From Chrysomallon squamiferum (taxonomy: Eukaryota; Animalia; Mollusca): a stretch of 64,000 nt of DNA. Position numbers and translations under genes: made by a program. The stretch's first letter is position 1. The number at the start of each line of letters is the position of its first letter. This document shows, piece after piece, positions 24,501 through 38,190 of this stretch. The notes beneath the pieces are model-generated. The model was not told the DNA's origin. It did no database searches and saw nothing but the letters and a program-made list of their open reading frames with translations. The stretch is taken from the NCBI GenBank assembly GCA_012295275.1, contig CM022672.1, forward strand, positions 20,274,001 through 20,338,000, written 5' to 3'.

Positions 24501-27415
24501 TGTTTTCAGAAGCAATAAGTGATTTTAGTTACAATGCAGATTGAAGGTCAAGAGTTTTTTTTTTTTTTTAATTTTAGAAGTAGAAAATATTTAATTCTTC
24601 TTGGAAATCTTAAAAAATATCTCTTACCTTAACTAAACACTACATTTGAGGAATTTGCCTTTAATTTAGAATTTGATCTTGTTTGTTTAGAGGATAAACA
24701 AACAAAAAGAAAAAATAATAAAATGTGGATACTGCATGATTATAACTGAATATTTATCACTATTAGTTACTCATTGTTTTATTTTCTGTAATTTTCCTTT
24801 AATTTCCTGTCTTCCAGTATCACTTATATTATCCAGCTAGTTTTACATAGCTTCTTATTTTTGTTTTTTCTCTAGAGCTTGATTAGTTAAACATTTCAGG
24901 CCTTGTCTCTTAATTTGCTTTCAGTGTTTTTAATTTTGTTGCAGTGTATACAGGTAATCTGTCTGCTAAGTTTGTTCTAAATGAAATGTTTGAAATGATT
25001 GGTTTGTTAGTTTTTTATTATTGCAAACCCCAAAAAGCAAAGTGGAGAAGTATTTAAAAATATGATAAGCTCAGAAATTGAATGACTGGATATTGTGTTT
25101 GTTATTATTAATTTAAATGATTTATTTCTGTTGTTCAGCTATAAATTTGATCAGATTTATTCTGGGGGACGATTTAGATACTCTCACTAGTGACTTATTT
25201 TAATTTTAATTTTTTTTCTATTAAATTAAAACAAATTGGATTTATTGAATATTTTTGGGACAACACTACTTTTTTTAAATACAATTTAATCTGTAATTTT
25301 TTTCTTTTTGATTAAGATAAATGGCTAAGAAAAAACCAGTACTCATCATTATTTTCTGATTGATGTTTATTTCTTTACAGATACTTAACCATCACAATAT
25401 TGGAATAAGATTTTCTGAAGTTATCAGTTTGCATCTAATGTCTTTTTCTTCAGTTATCATAATCACTGGATGCTTTATTCATCATTACACTGCATAGAAC
25501 TAAAAAGCAGTGTTTATTATTGTGAAAATCTTATTTATATTATAAACGCTTTATTTATAATTTATTTTTATTTTTTATTTTTATTTATTTGCAGACGGAT
25601 AGAAGAATTGGAAAATATGCTAGATCGAGTAGAACATAATTCCAAATCACAGACAGATGAAATATCCACAAGACTTCATGAGAAAATCACAGAATTGACC
25701 ACTCTACGCTTGGAAAATGAACGATTAAAGGTTTAATAATTATTATCTGAATCAATATTTTCTTTCTCAGTTTCTTTGATCTGTCTTAGTCATGTTCTAA
25801 TTCTCTCCATCTATTTTGTGTCTAAATAACAGAATGAATGAATGAAAATAAATGATTGCAAGTTTAGAATGAATATTCTGAATGTAGTTGTACATTCTAA
25901 TTGTAAAAGTGAAAAATAGATTGAAAAAAAGTAGGATTCCATAATTGTTAATGAGACTAAAGCTAAAAACGTTTTTCTTTTTTTTAAATTATTTTTCTTC
26001 TTCTTTTTCTTATTATTATTATAATGGGATATCATTTGTTCAGCAACTTAATAATAATGTATTTTATTTTGTATAGTCTTCCATTGTAAGCATCGAAACT
26101 AAGTTCCAGAAAACAGTAGAGGAAATGACTGATTTGAGAAAGAGTTTGAGACGATATGAGAAGATCACTGAGGAATATAAAGATCAGGTATTTATCTGTT
26201 GTTTTTTGTCCTTTTTACTAATTTAGATTATGTAAATTACTGACATAGGTTCCAGGTTTTCAAGAAAGAGGATTTGCCTTCAAACAACAAAGATAAGTGG
26301 ATCATATTACTAAGACAAAAAGTTCAGGGACAGATTCATCCCTCATTAGATCTGCAATCCAGAGGACAAATATTTTCTTCTACATCTTCCTTAATTTTTG
26401 TTTCATTATAATTATCATTATATTTCTTTTTTTCTTTTTTTTTGTAATTCTGAATTTTTATAATATACTTTTCTGTCTTGTTTCTTCTTTGAAAGTAAAA
26501 AGTTGTATGCTGTATAAAGATAAATTATGGTAAACTTAGTTTTATAGTTTTCTTCAAAAGATCTTCTTAGATTCATATGTTTTGTAAGACTGTTTCTTGG
26601 TTTCATAAATTGTTCAAACTGATCTTCTTAGTCTGATAAATGTGTTAAAATAATCTCTGTTGTTTGGTTGTGCTGAAATGAATTTATTTAAATGTTTAGT
26701 TTTAACACTTTGTAAAGCTGTATATCTCTGTGTTCTGTAGTTTTCCTGGGTGATAATAAAGACAGACATGCTTGCTTGTCTCGCAGTATGTATTTCTCTG
26801 ATTCCATTTTCACCTGGCATCTTGATGTTTTCTTTCACTTTGGTGTTATCTGTGGCCTAGAGTAAATATTAATCCATATTCTTGACTGTCATTTTGATGT
26901 TTTCTGTCACTTTTGGGTTACATCCTGAACTAGCATGTTGATGTATTCTGTCACTCTATTGTGTATGTCCAGAGTAAACTCAAACATCAGTTCACCTTTT
27001 CATCATCAATTCGTTCTTTTGAAAAACCAAACACTTATTTTTTTTTCATTTTGATAAAGTTTTATACAGATAAATGTATAAATATTTCAGTATTATGCTT
27101 TTCAAATGCAAATTATTTTAGAGTTTTATTAATGTCAATAATATTATATGTATAATTTTTCAGTTTTGGTTGATTTGAAAGCTTTTTGTTATGGTTGTTG
27201 TTATTTTTATTTTATATTTTTAAATGTTTTTATTTTCTGTGTAATTTGTTTTGTTCAGCAGGCTGTGATGTAGTATTCAGAGGTCCACATATTCATATTA
27301 ATGAATTTTTATTTTCATAATAAGAATTATTCACGACTGAAATGTCACTGGTTCTGTTTGTTTTAGGGCTTCTTTGAAATGCATTCTAGTCCAAAAATAT
27401 TCTTTATTTCTTTTC

Positions 27416-27446
<31 letters not shown>

Positions 27447-30400
27447 CATTTCCTATGCTAAATGTATGGATAAATTATAATGATCAGGTTATTTACATTT
27501 TTCTTTTACTCATCCTGATTTTTAAAAATTATTTTTCTTCCTTTGCTCTTCTCATCTTAGTTTTCCTGTTTCTTTTCCTTTTTCTCTGTTCTGTCACATT
27601 ATTTTTATTTTACTGTTTTCTTTTTCTTCAACTTCCATTGTTACTTCTTTTCCTGCCATTCCTTCCATTACCCTCCTCATTCTTCTTTTATTTTCCATTT
27701 GCGTCTGCTTTGTTTTATAACATTTCCTATTTTAAAAATGTGGGTTGTCCCGAATCATGCATATGAAAAATACAAAAATATAAATCCAGCATTTGTTAGT
27801 TTACTTAATCAGTGTAAAAAATTGAGCAAATAAAAATATAACTCTGTTTAGGTCTGACTCAATTAATATAGACATGTTTTTTAAAATCTAAGATTTTATT
27901 TACAAATTCCTAGCACTGAGACATCGTAGAAAATAAATAGAAAAGTATGATATTCCAAATGAATAATGTTTAGGATTTTAAATCTTTAGATGTCTTGCTT
28001 TCTAATTTTGGAGTTATTCTTTAATGCTGTAAATTTTCAGTGTAGTAATTTATTTGTCTAGATTGCAGATTTTCAAAATCTTCATGACTATTATTTCAGT
28101 GTATCAAGGTTTTTGTTTTTGTTTTGTTTTTTGTGTGTAGAAAGCAAATTTTAATGTCAACTTCTTGGAATATGTTTGAAACAACAGTGATTTTGTTTTG
28201 TATTTTTATTGTTTATTCCTTTGTACAGTGTTATATAAAAGATTTTCATGCTAGTAGTAATAACGAAAATAGCATTAATACCTCTTGAATTCATAATAAT
28301 TTTTTTTAAATAAAAGATGTGTTTTACATTTCCTATTTTAAGATGAGTAAAACAAGACGTGATGCAGATGAAACAATTGGTCTCTTAGAAGAAAAACACA
28401 AAGAGAATGGTCATCTTCTGCACGACAGTGAAATAGAACTTGAACGGGTAAAACAAACCATACATTGATGTAGATTTCTGTCTGAACTGTTCACCCTTCA
28501 TTGCATAGAACTTACTGAAATTTGTGGTGTATTTGTGACAGTTAGGGTAACTTCAGACATTGGTAATGTTATGGCCTGCTAATCTCATCCTGCGTCTGAT
28601 CGTAACTAGATGCACAGAAACACACTGCTTTATTAATATTGTTGCAGATGTTGTTGTTGTTTATATTATCACACATAGCAATAACATTTGAAGAACTAGC
28701 AGAAACAGCCCACCACAAATACACCCCAAGAATGTCAGAGATATAACTAAATATATACAAACCTCATGCAAGGCACATTCATTCATTTATAAAGGTTTTA
28801 TTACATTATAAGTGGTTCATAAATGTTTATGTCATACAAATAAAAGACATACAAAATGGTAAATGTTTCCACATTTTATTTGTTTTATGTATACAGCTAG
28901 TATTTGATAAAAGCAGTGGGATTTCTGTGCATCCACTAACAATGGGCCAAGATAACCAAAGTCTGAAGTCACAGTGACTGTGTACTATTATGTTAGCGAT
29001 TTCTGTGATGTAGCTACGTAAATGCATTATGTTAGGTCACAGGATCAATCCTCCGTAATGTCTCATTGGGTTATTTCCCAATCCAACATTATGTCCCACT
29101 CTGTAATAAGGTCATGGCATGTTCTTTCTAGATCCTGAGATAGCAAAGCATATAAAACAATTCATGTTGCTATCTGAGAAAGGACGCCAATAGAGTGGCA
29201 TGAGTGGGTTTTCTTTCTTACATTTTAAACAAGCAATGTATGACAAACACCTAATAAATAATACTAAAATTTGTTATAAAGCATTCATTAATGTCTGTTA
29301 GTGTCAGTATACTTCTAACCTAAAATTGGTAAATAGAATTTATTTTCCACTGAATAAATATTTTTTGTTTACTTTGTGGTAAACCCAAGGTTCATACTTG
29401 TTATGTTTGCATGCTTACCTGCCTTTTTATTCTCTGATATCAACTCTTTTAAAAAAAATAGATTCACATACACTGATGTATTTTAATAAATTTATTTATT
29501 TATTTATTTATTTATTAATTTATTGCTATTGTCTGTTACATAAATAATGAATGTATACTGACATTTATTTAAGAACTAATTTGTTATGAAAATATTTCTA
29601 ATTAAAGTTAATTTGTTGTTAATTCCTTATCTTTCAAACATTATTTATAAATCTAATTCACAGTAATTTATGCATTTACATACATATATATACATATATA
29701 TATAGATTTCAAGATAAGGTAATTTCAAATTAATTATTTGACTTAGGTTAAAATTTGCCTGCAGCAAAGACTTAAGGAACTAGAACCTTTGCCAGAACTT
29801 CTCCGCACCACCGAACTCAAACTACAGCATTCTAATGAACAACTCCTGGGTTACGAACGCAAGAACACAGAAAACACTAAACTCATAGCAGAGCTTACTG
29901 CTAAAGTATGTGCAACATTTTTGTTAAAACATTGAAAAAATTCATAAGGGTTTGAATATGGTTGATAAGATCAAATAGTTCTAAGGTTAATAAGATTAAT
30001 ATGAAGTTAGCCATCTAAAATACAATCAAAAAATTCAAAAGATTAAAACAGTTGTAATGGCCAGTATGTTTTACATTAGAGCTACCCATTGTTTGAACAT
30101 TGGTCCCTACTGGTGGGTATTATTTTCTTAAAAAATTTAAAAGTGTATTACAAAACATGTACATTGTATGGTTTAAAAAACAAAGAAAAAAAGAGGTAGG
30201 TGAGCATGCTTTTTTACTTGAACTCATATTTAATGTTTGAAATTTACTTTCAAATCTCAAAAGCAAAGTTTTAATATTTGACATAAATGTTAGAAACATA
30301 ATACCAACAGGAATGTAGGTATTACCATTAATACATTTATTCTTGTTCCTGCTTGTGCTGATCAGAATTTTTGAAAAATAAGTTTTCTACATAAAAATAC

Positions 30401-32821
30401 CTATATTTAAAGATTTTTTTTTTTCAGTGAAAATTAGAAAGTGTTATTTTTTTAAAACACTTTTGTATGAAAACTATTTATTTTTCCTGTGTTTATGCGT
30501 TCTCTGAATTCCTAAGGTGGAACACTTATCAGAAACCCTTGACGAAATGAAAGGAAATTTCCGCGATGCACAGGAAGAAAACAGAGCATTTGCTGCCAAA
30601 ATAGAAATCTTGGAAAGGTTAGTCATAATATATTTATATATCAGACTTTGTAATGCAGTGGTGTTTAACACTTTAAAGTCACTTACTGTAAAAAAAAATC
30701 ACTTGAATTTACATTTGTTTTAAGGTATTTTTAAATCAAACCAAGATTCGTTTAATTTAGTAAGGATTAAATTGAGGATCAACCAGAAATCAGAAAATCA
30801 TGTTATATTTCTATTCAGAAATGCTGAAGTTTAAGATTACCATAAAAATATTGCAAATTGTGCCACAAATAAAAAAAAAAAAGTTAAAATGCTATAGAAT
30901 TATCAGATTAAAATAACGTAAATAGTAATTGTTCCTTATTTAATTGTTCTAGATGTTTGTTTTCAGAAAACTGCGTGAAGTGGAGGAACAAAACAGAGAG
31001 CTGTTGTCTACTGTGGCAAAGAGAGAAGAAGCTATACACCAAAATAATGTGAGTTATTTGTCTTCTTTTTTTTATAAATATTTTCATTCAGAACAAAACA
31101 GAACAAAAAAATGGGTCAGGAATATGTGTGTGTTACAGATGCATTAATAGTTAAGTCTTATTTTGTTGTATTTGAAATAAATTAAAATATTGCACACACA
31201 ATAATTACATACAAAACAATTTCTCTATATAATCATAAGGTAATGTATAGAATATGTGGTTTTCGTGTTTCAACTTGATAAAGAGAGAGGCTTGATAATA
31301 TTCATATATATTTTTAATTTTATGTTAAATAAATTAGAGATATTAGTAGGAGTTGTCAGCCAGTTATTTAAATAATATAAAACACTAGTTATTCAGTGAC
31401 AGGTTTTTAATATATTTTTATATATATCATAATTAATGGCTAATTATAATTTAATTTTCTCCAACTATTTTCATTATTAATTATATCATGTGTACTAGTT
31501 CTCTATTTTTTTATTTGTTTGTTGATATTCTGAAACATATTCAGATTAATAATAATAACAACAACAACAACAACAACAACAATAATACAGTAATGATATC
31601 AGTAATAATAAGAGAAGTTAATTTAAGAAACTAGTATGTTTATAATATTCACATATCCATCTCACAGTATTTCTCTTGAGAGAGAGAAAAAAAAAAACAC
31701 CTAATAATTTAAATGTTTTTAAAAATTAAAAAAAAATTATTTTGTGAACAGCTGAGACTGGAAGAGAAAACACGAGAGAACAGCAGCATAACACGTCAGC
31801 TGGAGAATGCTCTTTCAGAGAACCGGCGACAGATGGAGCAGGCCAGAGACAGATTTGCTGCTAAGGTAAAGAGCTTGTTACTTTTTGCTACTGAACGTTT
31901 TTGTGTGGTTTTAAAGCTGAGCCAGGGTCATTATGGTCAAATGATCCAAATTTCTGATCTCTGCATGATAGAACTGATCTGTACAAAGGGTAAGAGAAAA
32001 ATGTTTGGGGATTTTTAAGTATGTTTGTTGTTGAGAATCTTAATTTTCAGCATGGCCGACAATCATTATGGATACAAATCATGATCCAGTTCTGAAAGTC
32101 TGGGAATAGATTTTGTAGCTGATTTTCAGTTATGCCAGAATATTCTTTTTAGAAATCAATTCTATCATGTACAGATCAGAAGTTACAAATTCTTAAAAAT
32201 TTGACAAGGACATTATAATGACTCTGTAAAAGCATAAATTAAAATGTATTGAGTTTGTTATTAAACAGAAATCATTTCTGTGTTTTCTTGAATTTCTTTA
32301 TAAATTAAAACATTTGAAAATGTTTGTAATTGTTTTTGTTCTTGTTATCTGTACTTACTTACTTATTATTATTATCATCAGTGATATTATGTTTAGATTA
32401 CTTATGGAAAAATGTAATAGTTGCAGAAAACTGAATCAAACTTCAAGGAATCTAAATAATTTAAGACTTAATTTAAGGTTATCAGATTAATATTAAATCA
32501 TATATAATAACTAGTATTATTTGTGAAAGGTGACCCTTTATTTAGTGGCACATTTTCATCATTAGCCCCAAGATCCAACTTTAAGGGCATCTAAACCATT
32601 TAAGACATCATTTTAATGATATAAGTTTATCAGATTAGTATTAAATCTTGTAAGAAAATAATATTATAATGATCCATTTTCAGGAACGAACATATCAGAG
32701 TAGAATTGTAGACCTGGAATCTCAGCTGTGTCAGCTGAGAGCTGAGATAGCTAGAACTAAACGTGAGAAAGAAGAAGTAAGTTATACTTACAGTTAACTT
32801 AAAAAATGTTATTAGCAAATT

Positions 32822-32882
<61 letters not shown>

Positions 32883-33239
32883 TGTTTACTAATATTAATA
32901 TTGCATCTGACCTATAACGGTGAGAATAATTAACCCACTCTTGATCTTATAGCCAGCTCTTTTCATTATTTAAATTTTATATTATTTTTATTTCTGGGGT
33001 TTTTTTTTGGTATTTTAAATTAATTACATTTTCATTTTTCATCTTTTTTTTTTTTTTTCATATTTCAGAATGAAAGAAAGTTCAATTCTCGTCTTTATGA
33101 TCTGAAAGATCGACTAGAACAATGCCACTCAACAAACAGAAGTATGCAAAATTATGTCCAGTTCTTAAAAAACTCTTATGCCAATGTGTTTGGTGATACT
33201 GCAGTTGCTATGTCGCCAATCAAACCAGGATTGCCCTAA
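16047..33239 (+). CDS. ODF2: Outer dense fiber protein 2 / cenexin (centriolar coiled-coil protein), ~850 aa, 19 coding exons
   Basis: Exons, all GT-AG with consistent phases, sum 2553 nt: 16047-16160, 17024-17080, 18889-19044, 19370-19522, 20105-20292, 20580-20907, 21354-21425, 22370-22486, 23127-23242, 24214-24393, 25595-25730, 26077-26187, 28343-28447, 29747-29905, 30517-30617, 30967-31048, 31752-31865, 32684-32776, 33069-33239. ODF2 hallmark motifs: SPVHVHVEDDIPVHVHIKK, PWVPPPGK, LEPLPELLRTTELKLQ and C-terminal STNRSMQNYVQFLKNSYANVFGD. Confidence 0.93.
16322..16609. mobile_element. Tigger/MER2-like MITE in an ODF2 intron
   Basis: Imperfect TIRs CAGTCAGTCTGCCTTATCC... and ...GCAGATAATGTTGGCTGACTG followed by TA. 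Internal TGGTTCTAGGAACCC resembles MER2-type elements. No ORF. Confidence 0.7.
21511..21557. repeat. (AAT)n microsatellite
   Basis: Read directly from the sequence; explains the spurious poly-Leu ORF 21333-21566. Confidence 0.95.
27591..27742 (+). repeat. ~150-bp pyrimidine-rich dispersed repeat, copy 1 (ODF2 intron)
   Basis: CTGTCACATTATTTT...TACTGTTTTCTTTTTCTTCAACTTCCATTGTTACTTCTTTTCC...ACCCTCCTCATTCTT...TTTAAAAATGTG aligns end to end with 34024-34171. Confidence 0.85.
29005..29290 (+). mobile_element. Decayed SINE-like element in an ODF2 intron
   Basis: Blocks TAGGTCACAGGATCAATCC...CATTGGGTTATTTC...AAGGTCATGGCATGT...GCATATAAAA...TTGCTA...AGTGGC...GGGTTTTCT follow the order I recall for tRNA-derived gastropod SINE bodies. 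The sequence is highly diverged and the identification is from memory, not a search. Confidence 0.45.
32824..32880. repeat. (CA)n microsatellite
   Basis: Read directly from the sequence. Confidence 0.95.
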
Positions 33240-33259
33240 ACTTTTCACTAACCACAAAA

Positions 33260-33600
33260 GAATCCATGGACCCACCAGTCAAATAAGAATCCACTTTACT
33301 GGTCACAGAAATTTACGGGTTACAACAATAAACTAATTTATTGGTTGTAACAGTCCACATTAATGGTTGTAGCATCCCACTTTACTGAATTTATCATTCC
33401 ATGTCATCACCGGTTGTAAAATTTCACTTTACTGGTACTAACCTAATAATCCATTTTACTGATCATAGAATCCGTTCCACTGGTTATAATAGTCCATTTT
33501 ACTGATCATAGAATCCGTTCCACTGGTTATAATAGTCCATTTTGCTGGTTGTAGCAAATATATTTTCTGTTTGTAGATACCCACTGTATTGGTTGTGATT
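33260..33600. repeat. Degenerate ~21-22-bp minisatellite in the ODF2 3'UTR with an exact 43-bp duplication
   Basis: Recurrent (A)ATCCA(C/T)TTTACTGGT units. TCCATTTTACTGATCATAGAATCCGTTCCACTGGTTATAATAG occurs at 33450 and 33493. Confidence 0.75.
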
Positions 33601-34023
33601 TATTTTTAAACTTTTTATGGCACTTGTTAAAATTTATTAGTTATATTACAACAATAACAACAATGAAAAAAGATTAAAAACATGAAGGAATTTTAAAATT
33701 TAAAATGGCTCTTTGTAGTCTTCGTTTTAAATCTGAATTTTTATAATACTTTTTTAACATCTTTTAATTATGAGATTTCTATTTTTATTGGCTGGATTGG
33801 ATAATATGTATTTAAAAAAAAAATCAGACATCTAAAGAGAATTTCAGTTTTCATTCTGGTCTTTTTATTTTTTTGCTAAAAGTTAATTAAAAATTCACCA
33901 GTATGCTGATACATCAAATATTAATATTAAAATAATCTGAAAAACTGAACTATAATCATTTCATGCTGTTTTTAATAATACTGTCGTAAATAGTTTCATG
34001 TTTATTTTCCATTTTCATGTATT

Positions 34024-34171
34024 CTGTCACAATATTTTGATTTTATACTGTTTTCTTTTTCTTCAACTTCCACTGTTGCTTCTTTTCCGGCCATTACTTC
34101 TGTAACCCTCCTCATTCTTATTTTCCATTTCCTTCTGCTTTATTATATAATATTTCCTTTTTAAAAATGTG
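34024..34171 (+). repeat. ~150-bp pyrimidine-rich dispersed repeat, copy 2 (downstream of the ODF2 stop)
   Basis: Same-orientation diverged copy of 27591-27742. Confidence 0.85.
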
Positions 34172-37100
34172 ATTTTTAATTACAGATTTTGAAAAAATAT
34201 ATTTAAATTTGTAGTCAAATAATCACTTTATTTGGTTGCATTGACTGAGGGTTCAGAAGTAGCTTCGATACAATAACAGTAATAAAAAAAAATGTTTTGA
34301 CTTGGTAATTTATATCGATTTTGACACTATACCAAGTTAAGAAAAATACGGGATTTGTTTTTAATCATACAACTTTGAGTCATGACATGATTTTCCGTCC
34401 AGAACTGACTGCTAGAAAGAAAAAAAAAAATTGAGATCTCCTCCAGGCCGAAGTATTAAAAATATTCCCCACTCTGTGCCTTTAGCCATTAAACTTTTAA
34501 AAAGAATTTGTGAAAGATATGTGTATATATTTCAGAATTATAAACATCAGATGTTATTGTCATCTGTTTTTACATCTTTTGTCATATAAGATTTTAAATA
34601 AATAGAGTATGATGAAAATAAAAAAAAATAAAAACAGATGAACAAATAAAGATCTGTTATAAGTCAATTAATATTATTATTTATTTAAAATTTTTTTTTT
34701 TTTTTGAAAGTTCAGTCTTGAATAACATTTGTCTCAGTGCATAATCCACATATTTACAAGTTAGTGTGTTCAGTATAGTCATATTTATTGTTTTTTGACC
34801 ATGTCACCTAATACATACTTATTTATTTAGTATTGTTTTCTTTTGTCTGTGATATTTGTTACATGAAAACACATTTATACATACATTCTTTACATTTCAC
34901 ATTTATGTCAACACACTAAAATAAATAATTTAGTTGTTAATTTTATATTCTGTAATAAAAATACTAAAATATTTGTGAATTTGTCCTATTTCATTTAGTA
35001 TTAGTAGTATTTTTTTTAATTAAATAAATAATTGTTGGGTTTTTTTATATAATTATTATCCAAATAAAACAGTTAAGGAGTAAAATCCACATTTATTTTT
35101 AAGTATGCTAAATGGAATGATGTTTTGGGGAAATAATAACAACAACAACAAAATTAATATATACTACTAATAAAATAATGGTAATAATAATTAAAATAAT
35201 AATATTAAAAAAATAATCTGCAATCCAGTGTCATAAACCTAAGTGATATCGTTTTTGATCATTTATTTCTAAAATCTTTGCATCACAAAACAATGAAATA
35301 TTTTTGGAAAAAACTAAATTTATTAACTGCACTAATGGCATAACTCCACATGTTTAAAAAAAATAAAAATCCAGAATTGAATCACTTTTCTAACTGAACA
35401 AACCTTGATATACAGTCAGTAATACATTTATATTTAGTATTAAATGTGGTAATTTACAAAAATGAAATCTGAAAATTTATTCTGAATTTTCTATTAAGGA
35501 AGAGATGAATAAAATGGAATTTCAATAAATTAATGGCAGGAAATTATAATTCTTTTTATATATTTTTTTTAAAGTCATTTTCACAATATGAATGCTACCG
35601 ATACTTAATAAATAAAAAAATATATGGAGGTATATGTAATTCTTTGTGATCACACCAATACTGAGAGCTTGAAAGTAACATATAACTAATCTGTTTAATT
35701 AATTTAGCAAATTTAAAAAATTATTATATTTATACATATATATATACATACATAGTTTATTTATAACAGGGACTGCAGTTTAGGATTTATCATTTTTATT
35801 CACACTTATTAATTATATATAATAATGTACTTGTTCATATTAAATGATAATATTGAAAATACACAGCAATGTTTGATCCAAGAATACCTTTAATGGATGA
35901 TCTACTTTGATGTAATAATTCATCAAAACTTTTGTTCTTTAAGCAAAATGGTGAAAAAATAAATGCATTTAAAAAACAAAAAAGATTTAACTTAATGATT
36001 TACTACCCTGTTTAATTTTTACTGAGGTATATGCTGAAATAAAGAAATTTTGACATTAGAAAAATATCAATATTTTTTAAATTATATTTTAAACAAGCAT
36101 TTGATTTAAATATCACAGATTCTGCAATTTGTGTATATTACAGCAAGAAAAGAAGAAAAAAAATTGGCATTTGATGCAATTAATTAAAACAAAAATCACA
36201 AAAATGATACAATTATTATGACTGGATATTTTGTTAAATTTATGTGTGGTATATATGGTAATTAATTATTCATCAAAATTCTATTTAAGTGCAAGGAAAA
36301 TTAAAAACCTAATAGACATGTTTTTATTCTGATATCCCTATTTATCAGACCACTAAATAAATTACCCTGATGATTGTCAGTCTTTTCGATCCAGTTTACT
36401 GTGGTTTATTGCTGATAAGTATGAGAATAAACTTATTTCACAATCACAAAGAAAAAAAAAAAAATAATAATAATAACAATAAACAATAAATTATTAATAA
36501 TTTAAAAACTATAATGAATAAAAAAAAAAAAAATTTTAAGATATATCACAGCTGAAGTTGATGTACAGGTATTGTTAAAATATTTCTGAACTCTCTTAAA
36601 GTGTTTGTGACACTGATACTCTGGACGGGTTTAAAGAAAATAATATAAAATTATGCTATTCACTAATGAATCGTCAGAATATATTTCAATTTCATTATCC
36701 TAAATATGACTTTTCATAAAGTGATCAAAAACTAAACAGATTTATAATTTTGATAGTATGTTTTTTTTGTAAAATGTTCCTAGTGTAGACAAATACTGAA
36801 GTTTTAACTTTTACTGACATGATGTATTTTAAAACATTCCTAATGAAGACTAACAGTGAATTTTTTTTTAAATGTTATCTGCACAGAAGATAAAATTAAT
36901 GTATTTTTAAAATGTATCTATATATACCTGTACTTTCAACGCTTTTTTCAAACTGACTATTTTACTGCATGGGTACCAGAACGAAGCCACAAAGACCACT
37001 ATAATGTCATTTTTGTATATCTGCATTTTCCTTGATGATAGTATTAGCAATTAATAAATAATAATAAAAAATAAATAAATAAAATAATAATAAATTGTAA

Positions 37101-38037
37101 CTATATTCTTAATAATCTGGCTTATAACAAACAATTTGTATGACTGACGTAATGAAGGAAATGCGGTCTTTTTCATTATTTAAGTTTTTAAAGTCTTATT
37201 TCAGATGCAAATTTACACACTTTCTATTAAAATGCTGCTTTTTTTAATTTATGTGAAAACAGAAATAAAATGTTTGTTTCTAACTTTAAATTCATAAACT
37301 ATATATTTATATTGTATAATACATAAAAAATATATGTGTATTTTTTTTTTATAATATAATAACAGTATTGTACAAAGCAACTTTGCTTCTTGTTACAAAC
37401 TCAGTGAAAGCAACATGCCACACAATTAACACCAACATTTTATCATTCTAATCCATTCAGTCTGTTTATAAATACAAGCTGAGTGCAGTTTCACTGTGGC
37501 TGCCATTATTTCATTTCATAACAAATACATCCAATCATTTCCATCGTTTTAAACAAATATAACCAATGAGCTCAGAGTTTATATATTGCTGTAGCAATGA
37601 TCTCTTGTTGGCATATGACTTAGTGATTGCTTCAACAACATGAAAATGTGGAAGAGTAGGATGTGAAATCCTGAAAAATGAAAAATAGTCATTAAATAAA
37701 TTAAGAAAATAAACAAAATAATTTTTCAAAAATACTACTACAAATTAATTTCTAAAATTTGTATTTGTTTATTTTTATTATTTTTTTATTTTTTCTCAAA
37801 AACTATGAAATTAAATAATGGAATGTATATCTAAAGAAGTTTATTATTAACAAACGTGTTTAAAAATGATATAATTTGTATTTTTAAATCCTTTGTCTAT
37901 AGAAAAAACATTTGGATAAAGGTAATTGTTATATTCAAAATTAAATCCAGCAATATGTAATGATTTACTAAAGATCTATAAATAAAAAAGAAAGCTTACA
38001 TCATAACAAATCAGTTGCATTTAGTTCATCACATCTG

Positions 38038-38159
38038 CTACCTGTGAGTCAACTCTACAGCTTTTGCTATTACTTTCTGTACCTCTATTCTAGCATATGG
38101 AAAATTCTGGAATAAAAAAAAAAAATTAAAACCCCAAAATAATAATAATAATAAATGAA

Positions 38160-38190
<31 letters not shown>

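Noticed and set aside
27374-27766. 130-aa hydrophobic ORF suggesting a nested membrane protein
   Set aside because: It is a translation of a pyrimidine-rich intronic tract overlapping the dispersed repeat, with a non-ATG start.
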